Source: Bryobacterales bacterium | GTDB lineage: Bacteria > Acidobacteriota > Terriglobia > Bryobacterales > UBA6623 | Direction: 5' to 3' | Length of the DNA: 64,000 nucleotides | Assembly (NCBI GenBank): GCA_965204435.1 | Contig: OZ241997.1 | Span: 3,076,550-3,140,549 of the forward strand | In this document: in pieces, positions 25,945 through 35,286 of the stretch | Position numbering within the stretch: position 1 is the first letter of the stretch | Layout of the letters: each line of letters starts with the position of its first letter | Notes under the pieces: model-generated | What the model was told of the DNA's origin: nothing | The model's input: only the letters and a program-made list of their open reading frames with translations | The model's database searches: none | Position numbers and translations under genes: made by a program

Positions 25945-27786
25945 CTACTCTGCATCAGCCCGGATCTTGCCGACCAAGTTCGGTAGGTAGGCGCCGAAGC
26001 GCCGGTCGTAGCGCGGATCTTTCTGCGGCACGGCCAAGATCCTCTCAAGGGCAGGGTTGGCTCGCTCGTCCATGTAGTCCAGCGCGTTCAGCGCGGCCAT
26101 TGCAACGAACAAGCCGTTTTCGCTCGTATCGGCGTGCTGTACGAGCACTTCAAGCGCGCGCCCGGCGTCGGCATCGCTGCCATAACGACCCAGCGCCTCG
26201 CCCGCGGCGATCCGCACAGTCGGATCCGCGTCGCCCAGCGCCGTCCGCAAAGGGCCAGCCAAGGCTTGGACGCCGTCACGGCCGCGCATCAGGGCGCCTA
26301 GGGCCGCCCAATAGCGCACTGCGCTGTCGGGGTCGTCGAAGCCCTGGCGCAAGTCGGCCTCCGCCCCGGCCTCCATGGAGGATGCCAGCTCCGCCATGCG
26401 CATGATGCGCCCGATCGGAAAGCGCATGGGGTTGGCACCCATCGAATGCGGCGCGTCATCTCCGGCGCGCTCGTGAATCGCATTCTCTGGCAGAAAGCCA
26501 AGGTCGCGGATCGACAGCGACCACTCTCGGCGTGCCGCCCGCAAGCGCTCGAGATCCTTGCGGTGCTCGGGACTGGAAGCCAGGTTCTGCGTCTCGTCGG
26601 GATCCCGCTCCAGATCGTAGAGCTCTTCGGCGGGCTTGGTCTCCCAGAAGTGCGTCCGGGGCCGCTGGAGCTTGCCCGCGTGGTAAAGGCGGTGCCACAC
26701 GGCGGTGGTCGGGGTCTGGAACATGTACTGGATGTACTGCCCGTAGATGCGGTGCGGCATGAAGTTGCGGATGTACATGAAGCGGCCGTCGGTCACGCTG
26801 CGAACCATGTCGTAGCGTTCGTCCATCCGGCCGCGAAAGCCGTAGATGTACGGCTGGGGCGGCGCTTCGAACTCACCGGCGAATGCGTAGCCCTGGAAGT
26901 GGTCGGGCGGCTCGACTCCGGCCAGGCTCAGGACAGTCGGCGCGAGGTCAACGAAACCGACCAAGCGCTCGCTCGCGCCGCCGACCGCGTACTCGGCGGG
27001 CCGCAAGTGCTTGAACTTCTCCGGTATGTGCAGGATCAGCGGGACGTGGAGGCCGGAATTGTACGTCCAGCGCTTGCCGCGCGGCATGCCCGGCCCGTGA
27101 TCGGCCCAGTAGAACACGATCGTGTCCTCTTCGAGGCCGTCCTCGCGCAGCTCGGCCAGCACCTTGCCCGCCATCGCGTCCATCTCGCTGATCTTGTCGT
27201 GATACTGGGCCCAGTCTCTGCGGCTTTCCTCGGTGTCGGGATGGTAGGCCGGCACCCGCACCTGGGCGGGATCGTGGACCGGCGTGTGGGGCCGGCGGCG
27301 AATCTGGGATTCGTGGGTGACCGTGAAATTGAACACCGCGAAGAACGGCTGGCCCGGCGCGCGCTTGCGCCAGTGCGCCTGGCGGCTCGACTCGTCCCAG
27401 ACCTGGCCGGGCTTCTTCAGGTTGTAGTCTTCCTTGGCGTTGTTCGAGACGTAATAGCCGGCGTCGCTGAGGTATTGGGGGAACATGCGCATCGAAGAGG
27501 GCAGCCGCGTCATCGAGCGCATGTGCTGGGCGCCGGTCGACGGTGGGTACATCCCGCTGATGATGGTGGTGCGCGCCGGAGCGCAAACCGGAGCGGTTGA
27601 CCAAGCGCGCCGGTAAATCATGCCCTTGGCGCCGAGGGCGTCGAGATTGGGCGTGTCCGCGTAGGAGTCCCCGTAAGCCCCGAGGTGCGGACCGTTGTCC
27701 TCGGAGCTGATCCACAAGATGTTGGGGTTGTCGGCGACGGCAGCCGTCGCGGCTAGGCCGGCCAGCAGCGCGATCCTCAAGAGCAT
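25945..27786 (-). CDS. sulfatase fused to C-terminal HEAT-like repeats
   Basis: 613-aa ORF with a signal peptide, NILWISSEDNGPHLGAYG and the CxPxR motif (VCAPARTTIISG). The last roughly 150 aa show D..VRYWAA.AL / DADPTVRIAAGEALGRYG repeats. Confidence 0.85.
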   Translation of the reverse strand: MLLRIALLAGLAATAAVADNPNILWISSEDNGPHLGAYGDSYADTPNLDALGAKGMIYRRAWSTAPVCAPARTTIISGMYPPSTGAQHMRSMTRLPSSMRMFPQYLSDAGYYVSNNAKEDYNLKKPGQVWDESSRQAHWRKRAPGQPFFAVFNFTVTHESQIRRRPHTPVHDPAQVRVPAYHPDTEESRRDWAQYHDKISEMDAMAGKVLAELREDGLEEDTIVFYWADHGPGMPRGKRWTYNSGLHVPLILHIPEKFKHLRPAEYAVGGASERLVGFVDLAPTVLSLAGVEPPDHFQGYAFAGEFEAPPQPYIYGFRGRMDERYDMVRSVTDGRFMYIRNFMPHRIYGQYIQYMFQTPTTAVWHRLYHAGKLQRPRTHFWETKPAEELYDLERDPDETQNLASSPEHRKDLERLRAARREWSLSIRDLGFLPENAIHERAGDDAPHSMGANPMRFPIGRIMRMAELASSMEAGAEADLRQGFDDPDSAVRYWAALGALMRGRDGVQALAGPLRTALGDADPTVRIAAGEALGRYGSDADAGRALEVLVQHADTSENGLFVAMAALNALDYMDERANPALERILAVPQKDPRYDRRFGAYLPNLVGKIRADAE

Positions 27787-27852
27787 GCCCCAAAGTATAG
27801 CGAGGTGCTAACGGTTAGAATCGTAGGTCCGGCGCGCTTCGCCGGCCCGACC

Positions 27853-28308
27853 GTGCTCTGCCCGTACTGCGGCCACCTGAAGAACAAAGTGATCGACTCC
27901 CGCACTACCAAGGGGGAGGAGGTGATCCGGCGCCGTCGCGACTGCTTGTTATGCAAGCGCCGCTTCACCACCTACGAGCGGGTCGAAGAACTGCCCGTCA
28001 TGGTCGTGAAGAAGGATCAGCACCGCGAGCGCTTCGACCGCAAGAAGGTGCTGCAAGGGCTGATGCGCGCTTGCGAGAAGCGGCCCGTATCGATGGCGGC
28101 GATTGAAGCCATGGTGAGCGCCGCCGAGTCCGAGGTGATGGGATCGCCCGAAGGCGAGTGCCCCACGAGCAGGATCGGCGAGTTGCTCATGCACGAGCTC
28201 AAGCGGGTCGACCGGGTGGCCTATGTGCGTTTCGCATCGGTCTACCGCGACTTCCAGGACGAGCAACAGTTCGTGCAGGAGATCCACTCGCTCCGGTTGG
28301 AGCCGTAG
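27853..28308 (+). CDS. nrdR: transcriptional repressor NrdR
   Basis: Track ORF is 27805..28308. A GTG at 27853 gives the canonical (M)LCPYCGH..KVIDSR...RRRR.C..C..RFTTYE zinc ribbon, followed by an ATP-cone. Confidence 0.9.
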   Translation: MLCPYCGHLKNKVIDSRTTKGEEVIRRRRDCLLCKRRFTTYERVEELPVMVVKKDQHRERFDRKKVLQGLMRACEKRPVSMAAIEAMVSAAESEVMGSPEGECPTSRIGELLMHELKRVDRVAYVRFASVYRDFQDEQQFVQEIHSLRLEP

Positions 28309-28360
28309 CGGACGCCGTTCCCGTCGCGCCCGTCCGCGGGCGGCGCGCTCCCTGCCTGGG

Positions 28361-29701
28361 CTAGTCGCGCTCGTCCAGCAAGTACGCCGAGCCCTTGCCG
28401 GTCCCCTGCCAGGCGTAGAACAGGAGCAGGTCGTCCACGCTCTGGCCGTCCTCGCCGCGCACGAACTTGACGCTCTGGTAACGCAGTCCGTTCTTGGGCG
28501 TCAGGTCGCGGGAGCGCTTCCAGTGGGCGCCGGAAACGTCAGAGACCCATTCCTCGACGCGGTCGCCCCAGCCATAGCTGTTCATGAGCGTGTCCTCGTT
28601 CGCCTCGCCGTCGCCGGCGATCAAGAAGGCCTGGAAGGACCCGTCCGGGCGCGCTACCAAGTGAGTCGAGTTGAACGGGTGCCCGGTTCCCGTCAGGGCT
28701 GTCTTCTCCCACTTGCCCGCGCGCAGGCGGACGAAATAGAAGGTCGAAGCGTAGGGCGTCTCGCCCGATACCGGCAGCAGGAAGTTCGGCTCGCCGCCCG
28801 GACCGAGTGCGATCGAGGGGCCCACGGACGCACTGCCGCCTTCTGTATCCAGCACCAAGCAGTCGCGCTGGGCGCTTGCAAAGTTCACAGGCCTGGCGAG
28901 TTCCTTGCCGTGCGCGTTGAAGACCTTCCCGCTTTCGAGGTCGGCCCGGACATAGTAGAGGTTGTGGCGCCGGGTGTAGTCATGCAGCACTGATCCGTAG
29001 CGCTGGCTCGAGATGGGCTCCTCGACCTTCCAAATGAAGGCGATGTGCAGGGCGCTCCCGTCTGCGGTCACCCGTGTCGTCTGATACGAGCCGGCGTGGG
29101 ACGCCAGCGGCGACTCGTGCGGGGGCGCGTCCATGTCGATCACCGGGCTGGCCGGCTCGTCCCAAGTGCGCCCCCCGTCGGCGGAGGTGCGATAGGTCCA
29201 GAAGCCCAAGTGGCCGCTCTCGCGGAAATAGACAAGCGTCCTGCCATCGGCGAGACTGTGGACTTGCGGATAGGACACTGACTGCGAGATCTCGGCGAGC
29301 CGCTCCCATGCGTCCGTCGAGCCGGGCCGCTTCGTCGCTAGGTGGTAGCCCGGGGTGCGATGGAAGCCGAAAGCGACGTGCACGCGGCCGTCCGGGTCGG
29401 CCCACACCACCGGTGCGTAATGCTGGTCCCGCTCGAAGCGCTGGGCATCGATTTCGATGCCGGTTCCGGACAGCAGCATGCGGGGCTCGGAGAACTTGCG
29501 CGCGGCGAGGTCATAGGAGCGGATCCAAGGCAGCCCCTTGTCGCCGCGCCAGACCATGTGCAGCTCGCCCTGGCTGACAACCGCTTGAGGATACATGCGG
29601 TTGTCATAGAGCATCTTCAGCGCTCCGTCTCCGGCGAAGCGCGCAACCTGGGCTGCCAACGGGCAGCCAGCCAGTAGCAACGTGAACAGGAGCGGCCTCA
29701 T
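28361..29701 (-). CDS. secreted BNR-4-like (sialidase-fold) repeat protein
   Basis: This is the C-terminal 447 codons of track ORF 28361..30121. The ATG at 29701 gives the leader MRPLLFTLLLAGCPLAAQ. The body has repeated S.DGGRTW-type elements (TSADGGRTWDEP), whereas the upstream 140 codons of the track ORF look non-protein-like. Confidence 0.7.
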   Translation of the reverse strand: MRPLLFTLLLAGCPLAAQVARFAGDGALKMLYDNRMYPQAVVSQGELHMVWRGDKGLPWIRSYDLAARKFSEPRMLLSGTGIEIDAQRFERDQHYAPVVWADPDGRVHVAFGFHRTPGYHLATKRPGSTDAWERLAEISQSVSYPQVHSLADGRTLVYFRESGHLGFWTYRTSADGGRTWDEPASPVIDMDAPPHESPLASHAGSYQTTRVTADGSALHIAFIWKVEEPISSQRYGSVLHDYTRRHNLYYVRADLESGKVFNAHGKELARPVNFASAQRDCLVLDTEGGSASVGPSIALGPGGEPNFLLPVSGETPYASTFYFVRLRAGKWEKTALTGTGHPFNSTHLVARPDGSFQAFLIAGDGEANEDTLMNSYGWGDRVEEWVSDVSGAHWKRSRDLTPKNGLRYQSVKFVRGEDGQSVDDLLLFYAWQGTGKGSAYLLDERD

Positions 29702-29816
29702 GAGAGCATCCAGCATAGCCCGGCCCCGAGAACCGCGCAAATCCAACGGCAGCACGCCCTGAATCGCGAGCTCATGCCGCGCCATGAGAGAAAACAGTTC
29801 CCCCGAATACCTCCGG

Positions 29817-30125
29817 TCAAATCCCGCATGACGCGAGAAAGCTACTGACCACCCTCGTTCGCGCCTCGTCGTAGAACACCTTTCCACCATGGGCAGCCCC
29901 GTGCAATTCGTGGAGAGCGACCGACAGCCTGAGGCCCTTGAACTTGCCATGCAGCTCATGCGACTGGTTGATGGGCATCTGCGGATCTTGATCTCCATGC
30001 AGCAAGAGCAACGGCGGGTCCGAGCTGTCGACATGAAAGACCGGGCTTGCCAACATCGCCAGTTGCCGCTGTTGCTCGGGCTGGCCGCCGAGCAAGAGCT
30101 GCAAAGCCGGTTTCCGGACACTCAA
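29817..30125 (-). pseudogene. orphan C-terminal fragment of an alpha/beta-hydrolase (prolyl-oligopeptidase/esterase type)
   Basis: 102 codons from a TTG contain only the Asp and His triad region (PPLLLLHGDQDPQMP ... LHGAAHGG). An in-frame stop lies at 30153-30155, and the receptor gene ends at 30212, so there is no room for the Ser-nucleophile half. Confidence 0.5.
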
Positions 30126-30211
30126 GCGGCCTGAGCATGGTGCTTGGCTCAGCTACTCCCGGCGAGCGGCAGGGCGCCGGCGCCCCGCCGCTGCGCGAGT
30201 TCCGAAGGCAG

Positions 30212-33200
30212 CTAGAACGTGATTCGCACGGCCATCTGCATCTGACGCATGGGCCCAGCATTATCGAGGGTCCCGAAGTCGCGGTTCTCCACATTCCCGT
30301 TCAAGGACCTGAGATTCACGTGGTTCAGCGCGTTGAACATGTCCGCCCGGATCTGAAGCCGCGAGGATTCGGTCAAGCTGAAGCTCTTCGACAGGGAGAA
30401 ATCCACAGTCCACTGGCCCAGGCCGCGGATCCTCCCGACACCGACATTCCCCGGCCGCTGGGCTATGCCGCGGACCTCCTCGACCCTGGCGAAAGCGGCT
30501 GGGTTGAGAAACTGCACATCCTGATGCGAGCCGACGCGCGGGCTGCCGAAAGTCGTGCCGGGCGGAGCATGGATGTTGCCGCCGACGTAGTCCGCTCGGC
30601 AGACCCAAGACTGCGAACAGCCCTGATCGATCCTATCCTCGGGCCGCCCGGTCGTCCCGGAATAGATGCCGGAAACCTGCCATCCCCCGAGAATGCCTCG
30701 AACGAGGCTGTTGGAATTGGGGAACTTAGGAAGCTCGTAGATCAAGTCTCCCACGGCCCGGTGCGCTGTGTCGAAGTCGGGCGGACCGCGCTCGATCGAC
30801 AGATCGAAGAAGTCCTGAATGGAGTTTTCCGCATCGGTTCCGTAGTACACGCCGACATCGCCACCGGTGAACGCGAGTGTCTTGCCCCAGGTGTAGTGAA
30901 AGTCGAACGACAAGTTGCGCGAGAAGCGCTTGCGCAACGACGTCTGCAGCGAGTGATTGATCACGCTCTCTCCCATGTCGACGAAATACCCGCCGGGTAT
31001 GAGCGTGGGATTGGGCCGGATCCCGGTCTGCCGGTCGGGCAGGTTGAACCGCCGATGCATCGGAAACTTCACGCCGCGCGTCCCCACGTAGCCGATCTCC
31101 CACATCAGGTTGGATGTGAGCTGGCGTTGGATGTTGAACTGGTAGTTGATCGTGTAGGGGTTCTGAAGGTCGGGCGTGATCAGCGAGAACACCAATTCGT
31201 TTCCGCTCTGTTCGATGTCGTGCTGTGCGAGTGGCACGATCTCTTCATTGGTGAACGGGTACATCACTCCCAGCCGGTTCGCTTCGACCGCGCTGTACCG
31301 GACCCGGAATGGAATGTCCGGTCCAGCGACGCTCTGCCTCAGGATTGCCGGCACCTGCGCGGCGAACATGACCCCGACCCCGCCTCTGATGACAGTGCTG
31401 CCCTCATCATCGAGACGGTAGGCGAAGCCAAGCCGCGGGCCGAGATTGACCCAGCCGTCATGGTCGATCGGCATGCTGCGCGGGCGACGGGCACCGAAGG
31501 CGAAGTTCGTAAAGTCGGCGCCCGGCGGCAGCTCTAGATTCTTATTGGTGACGTCGATCTTGCCGGTCGGCTCCACCGTGTTGTTGGAGTAGAAGTCGTA
31601 GCGCAGGCCCATGTTCAGCGTCAGCCTGTCGCTGGCGCGCCAGTCGTCTTGGACGAAGCCGCCGACCTCGTACATCCGGGAAGTGTGCGGCCCGTTCGAG
31701 CCGAACGAGATCACGGCCGAGTTGATTCGATTGGCCTGCATTTCCTCGATGTTGAGGAACTCATAGAGAGGATTCTCGGGATTCGTGCGCGCTCCGCCGT
31801 AGTTCACGACCCGGGCTCCGAACTTGATGGTGTGGCTGCCTCGGTTGAGCGTGAATTTCTGATCGAACGTGGTCGTCGTGCCCTCCATCAGCCAGACCTC
31901 GCCGCTGCCCAACGTGAGCGTTCCGCCAACATTGCGGAGCCGAAACCTCGGGATCCGGTTTTGCCAGTCGATCGTCTCCTCGCGGTCAGGGTCGACCAGC
32001 GTGAAAATGTTGTCGAGCCTCTCCATGTCGGCGTAGTTGGAGCCGAAGCGCGTTTCCGACACCCAAGTCACGCCTGTCTTCGTGTATTGCAAGTTGTAGC
32101 GGTCCTGCACGTACTTGTATTCGCGGTCGTTGGCTCCGTTCAGGTTGTATCTCGGATCCAGGCCGAACGGACGGTTGCGCGTGTAGGTGAACGACAGGTT
32201 GCTGGTATTGGTGACGCGATAGTCCCCCCTGGCAATCACATGGTTCTCGCTCCGTTCCCGAGACCCGACGGTCTCGGTTCGCCCGCGGTACTCGTCGAAC
32301 AGCAAGGTTGGCTCGGGAATGGTGTCCATCAGCATCCTGATTTCCTGGAACGGAAGCGCGTTGAGGATGGTGGTTCGCAACTCCGGCGTCGGAACGGTCC
32401 CCGTCACACGCCGCGAGGCGTATTCGCGATATCCCTCGTAGGTGGCGAAGAAGAACAGCCTGTTTTGCTTGATCGGACCGCCCAGTGAACCCCCGAACTG
32501 ATTGAACACCTCGCGGTTCTTCGCAATCTGGGAGCCATCCGAGTTGTAGTTCGTCTGGAACGGATTGCGTGCATTGAACACATGCGAGCGATAGTTCTCG
32601 AACACGCTGCCGTGGAGTTCATTCGTGCCTTGCTTGCTGATGAGATTGATGGTCCCGCTAACCACCCCCCCGTTCTCGGCCTTCATGATTCCGCGCATGA
32701 CCTGCACCTCGTCCACAGCTTCGATGCTCATCACGTCCATGTAATTGCGGCCGCCGTACTGTTGCAGCGCACGGCCCTCGGACGGATTGGAGTTGGCGTC
32801 AGTTCCGTTGACGGTGACTCCCGTGCCGCTCTTGCCGAGCCCGTTGATCCGCAGGCTTCCGCCTCCCACGTCGACGCCGCTGGAGAGCCTGAGGACATTC
32901 GTGATGTTGCGGCGCCCCAGCGGCAGCTCGCTGATCTTCATGGAGTTCAAGCTCTCGCTCTGCTCGGAGGCTTGGGTATTCACCAAGGGCGGACGGCCCT
33001 CGACCGTGACGGTTTCGGTCAGGCTGCCGATTTCGAGGGTGTGCGTCTGGCGCACAACCTGCGATGCGATCAAGGCGATCCCAGTGCTCTCGTAGGTCTT
33101 GAAGCCATCAGATTCGACCCTGAGCGTGTAGGTGCCAACCGGCAAGACGTTAAACACGAAGTCGCCAGTCGCACTGATCGGGGCAACATAGACGAGCCCC

Positions 33201-33364
33201 GTGTCATCGTTGGTGAGAGTCGCCTCACCACCCGGAATGACTGCACCGGACGAGTCCTGCACAGTCCCGTACAGCGTCGCCGTCGTTACCTGGCCCCAAA
33301 TGACGGTCGTCGAGCAAAGCAACAATGCGAGCGCGAGACGGAACGCAAGCGATCCTGATTTCAT
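30212..33364 (-). CDS. TonB-dependent receptor with an N-terminal carboxypeptidase-regulatory-like domain
   Basis: Track ORF is 30212..33397. The ATG at 33364 gives the leader MKSGSLAFRLALALLLCSTTVIWGQ. This is followed by TATLYGTVQDSSGAVIPG...GTYTLRV, a long barrel, and the terminal ...MAVRITF. Confidence 0.9.
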   Translation of the reverse strand: MKSGSLAFRLALALLLCSTTVIWGQVTTATLYGTVQDSSGAVIPGGEATLTNDDTGLVYVAPISATGDFVFNVLPVGTYTLRVESDGFKTYESTGIALIASQVVRQTHTLEIGSLTETVTVEGRPPLVNTQASEQSESLNSMKISELPLGRRNITNVLRLSSGVDVGGGSLRINGLGKSGTGVTVNGTDANSNPSEGRALQQYGGRNYMDVMSIEAVDEVQVMRGIMKAENGGVVSGTINLISKQGTNELHGSVFENYRSHVFNARNPFQTNYNSDGSQIAKNREVFNQFGGSLGGPIKQNRLFFFATYEGYREYASRRVTGTVPTPELRTTILNALPFQEIRMLMDTIPEPTLLFDEYRGRTETVGSRERSENHVIARGDYRVTNTSNLSFTYTRNRPFGLDPRYNLNGANDREYKYVQDRYNLQYTKTGVTWVSETRFGSNYADMERLDNIFTLVDPDREETIDWQNRIPRFRLRNVGGTLTLGSGEVWLMEGTTTTFDQKFTLNRGSHTIKFGARVVNYGGARTNPENPLYEFLNIEEMQANRINSAVISFGSNGPHTSRMYEVGGFVQDDWRASDRLTLNMGLRYDFYSNNTVEPTGKIDVTNKNLELPPGADFTNFAFGARRPRSMPIDHDGWVNLGPRLGFAYRLDDEGSTVIRGGVGVMFAAQVPAILRQSVAGPDIPFRVRYSAVEANRLGVMYPFTNEEIVPLAQHDIEQSGNELVFSLITPDLQNPYTINYQFNIQRQLTSNLMWEIGYVGTRGVKFPMHRRFNLPDRQTGIRPNPTLIPGGYFVDMGESVINHSLQTSLRKRFSRNLSFDFHYTWGKTLAFTGGDVGVYYGTDAENSIQDFFDLSIERGPPDFDTAHRAVGDLIYELPKFPNSNSLVRGILGGWQVSGIYSGTTGRPEDRIDQGCSQSWVCRADYVGGNIHAPPGTTFGSPRVGSHQDVQFLNPAAFARVEEVRGIAQRPGNVGVGRIRGLGQWTVDFSLSKSFSLTESSRLQIRADMFNALNHVNLRSLNGNVENRDFGTLDNAGPMRQMQMAVRITF

Positions 33365-33925
33365 GGTTCCCCCTTCGGGTGCCGCGAAGGCGCCCACTGC
33401 CGGCCTTGTACCTCCCGCACCCTACCCTTGCCGGGTAGGTTCACAGGCCAGCAACCTAGCCATGCCCTCTGCCATGAGGCACCGTCCTCGCGCCCGCTGG
33501 ATCTCCAGCGTGACGGCCGAGGCCAGGCACCATCGAACATGAGAACCCGCCGTGATCGTAAGGGCCGGAAGGCGTGCTGGCAAGGCTAGAACCTGCTCTT
33601 TCGTGAGAATTCCCGGGAAATCCCTCTCGCGGAACCGTTTGGGGCCGATTGCGCACGGGGACAGGCCCATCCCGGGTCACACGCTCGGGACCGGGACCGA
33701 GGTTGACACAAGGCCAGGCGGCACTATCGGCCGCGCCGGGGCGGCTCGTCTTGGCATGGAGCGACCGCGCCTCCCACGCGCGGGCCTGCTCGGAGTCAGT
33801 CGATCAACGACTACGTACTATGCTGAAGCCATTCCAAAGGTTCCTCCCCGATGACAAGAGTTCTGGGAGCTCTCTCCAGCAGTGGAGTAGTCGGGGAGGT
33901 CACTTAGCAGCGATTCTCACGACAG

Positions 33926-34097
33926 TTAGTAGAAGTACTCTGTCCCGTGCTGGAATACTTCGAGCTCGTGACGTATCGCCATTTTGATGCGGTCATACCA
34001 AGCAAGCTGCACTTTCACCCACTTCCGTTGAATCGCCCAACAGCAGTAGTCCGCAATCTGCAATCCGAAGTGGGAGCGAGACTCGGTCTCCACTCGG
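33926..34097 (-). pseudogene. C-terminal remnant of a DUF3800-like gene, cut by the IS3-family insertion
   Basis: The minus frame abutting the IS left end reads RVETESRSHFGLQIADYCCWAIQRKWVKVQLAWYDRIKMAIRHELEVFQHGTEYFY*. The LQ.AD...WA..R motif and aromatic tail resemble DUF3800 C-termini. GC content is locally lower. Confidence 0.45.
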
Positions 34098-34145
34098 TGA
34101 GAGGTGGTCCGGGGATTTTAGACCATACGCTAAGGTGGACTCCGC
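34098..34145. repeat. IS3-family left terminal inverted repeat
   Basis: The sequence is TGAGAGGTGGTCCGGGGATTTTAGACCATACGCTAAGGTGGACTCCGC. It shares three collinear blocks with the reverse complement of 36134-36188: TGAG.GGTGGTCCG, TTTAGACCA and TAAGGTGGACTCCGC. Confidence 0.75.
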
Positions 34146-34166
34146 CTGGGTTGAAAGGAGTCAACG

Positions 34167-34448
34167 ATGCCAAAAAGACGGACGTTCACGGCAGCGTTCA
34201 AGTCGCGGGTGGCGATGGAAGCCTTGCGGGGGGACCGCACCGTGCAGCAGATCGCGGCGCGGCACCAGCTGCATCCGAACCAAGTGAGCCAGTGGAAGCG
34301 CACCGCCAGCGAGCGGCTGGCGGAACTGTTCGAGCGGGGTGCTGGGCCTGGCCAAGATGAGCGGGAGGCGGAGATCCGCAAGCTGCACGAGAAAATCGGG
34401 CAGCTCGTGGTCGAGCGGGACTTTTTGAAGTCCGCGTGGGAACGCTGA
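34167..34448 (+). CDS. IS3-family transposase OrfA (HTH)
   Basis: 93-aa ORF starting MPKRRTFTAAFKSRVAMEALRGDRTVQQIAARHQLHPNQVSQWKR, with a leucine-zipper-like tail. This is the classic IS3/IS911 OrfA. Confidence 0.9.
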   Translation: MPKRRTFTAAFKSRVAMEALRGDRTVQQIAARHQLHPNQVSQWKRTASERLAELFERGAGPGQDEREAEIRKLHEKIGQLVVERDFLKSAWER

Positions 34449-35284
34449 GCCGGACCACGCGGAAGAACTTGGTGCAGCGAGACCACCCGCAGGCCAGCCT
34501 GCGCCTGCAATGCCGCTTGCTGGGGGTGTGTCGTTCCGGGCTGTACTACCAGCCGCGGGAGACAGACCCGGAGCAGCTGGCGCTGATGCGGCGGATCGAC
34601 GAGTTGTCGCTGGCGCACCCGTTTTACGGCAGTCGGCAGATGAGCCGGCATCTGCAGCGGGAACGCTATCGGGTCGGCCGCGACAAGGTGCGGCGGCTGA
34701 TGCGCACGATGGGCTTGGAGGCGGTCTACTGCAAGCCGCGCACGAGTCGGCCGGAGCCGGGGCACCGGGTGTATCCGTACCTGCTGCGGGATGTGCTGAT
34801 CGAGCGGCCGCACCAGGCGTGGTGCGCGGACATCACCTACATCCCGCTGCAGCGGGGCTTCTTGTACCTCGTAGCGGTGATGGACTGGTTGAGCCGCGCG
34901 GTGCTGAGCTGGGAGCTGTCGAACACGCTGGACACGGAGTTCTGCCTGCTGGCGCTGGAGGCGGCGCTGGAGCAGTTCGGCCCACCGGGCATCTTCAACA
35001 CCGACCAAGGCAGCCAGTTCACCTCGCAGGCCTTCACGGGCTGTCTGCAGCAGGCCGGGGTGCGGGTTTCGATGGATGGCCGGGGCCGCTGGCTGGACAA
35101 CGTGTTCATCGAGCGGCTGTGGCGCTCTCTGAAGTACGAAGCGGTGTATTTGCAGGAGCTTGCGGACGGGTTCGCGGCACGGGCGGCGATTTCCAAATGG
35201 CTGGAATTTTATAACCACGTGCGTCCGCACTCGGCGCTGGGGGGGCAGACGCCGTGGCAGGCACTGCAGCAGCGAGGAGGTTGA
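34436..35284 (+). CDS. IS3-family transposase OrfB (integrase-core DDE domain), probably expressed as an OrfAB fusion by -1 frameshifting
   Basis: 282-aa ORF in the -1 frame relative to orfA, and open upstream through the overlap. It contains ...WCADITYIPL..GFLYLVAVMDWLSR, TDQGSQFTS and YNHVRPHSALGGQTP. Confidence 0.9.
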   Translation: MGTLSRTTRKNLVQRDHPQASLRLQCRLLGVCRSGLYYQPRETDPEQLALMRRIDELSLAHPFYGSRQMSRHLQRERYRVGRDKVRRLMRTMGLEAVYCKPRTSRPEPGHRVYPYLLRDVLIERPHQAWCADITYIPLQRGFLYLVAVMDWLSRAVLSWELSNTLDTEFCLLALEAALEQFGPPGIFNTDQGSQFTSQAFTGCLQQAGVRVSMDGRGRWLDNVFIERLWRSLKYEAVYLQELADGFAARAAISKWLEFYNHVRPHSALGGQTPWQALQQRGG

Positions 35285-35286
35285 AG

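Noticed and set aside
29702-30121. The N-terminal 140 codons of track ORF 28361..30121.
   Set aside because: The sequence is Cys/Arg/Ser-rich and unlike a protein. A proper signal peptide starts at the internal ATG 29701, and the region is better explained by the hydrolase remnant in another frame.
33365-33720. A possible cobalamin or other riboswitch in the long leader of the second TonB-dependent receptor gene.
   Set aside because: Reading the minus strand, I could not find a B12 box (GCCACTG-type) or the conserved AGGGAA...GGTGAAA core. Only generic GC-rich hairpins are present. A covariance-model scan would be needed to be sure.
34389-34448. A canonical -1 slippery heptamer for IS3 OrfAB fusion.
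   Set aside because: Only GAG AAA ATC and GAC TTT TTG are present, and neither fits the X XXY YYZ pattern. The frameshift is inferred from frame geometry alone, and the site is left unassigned.
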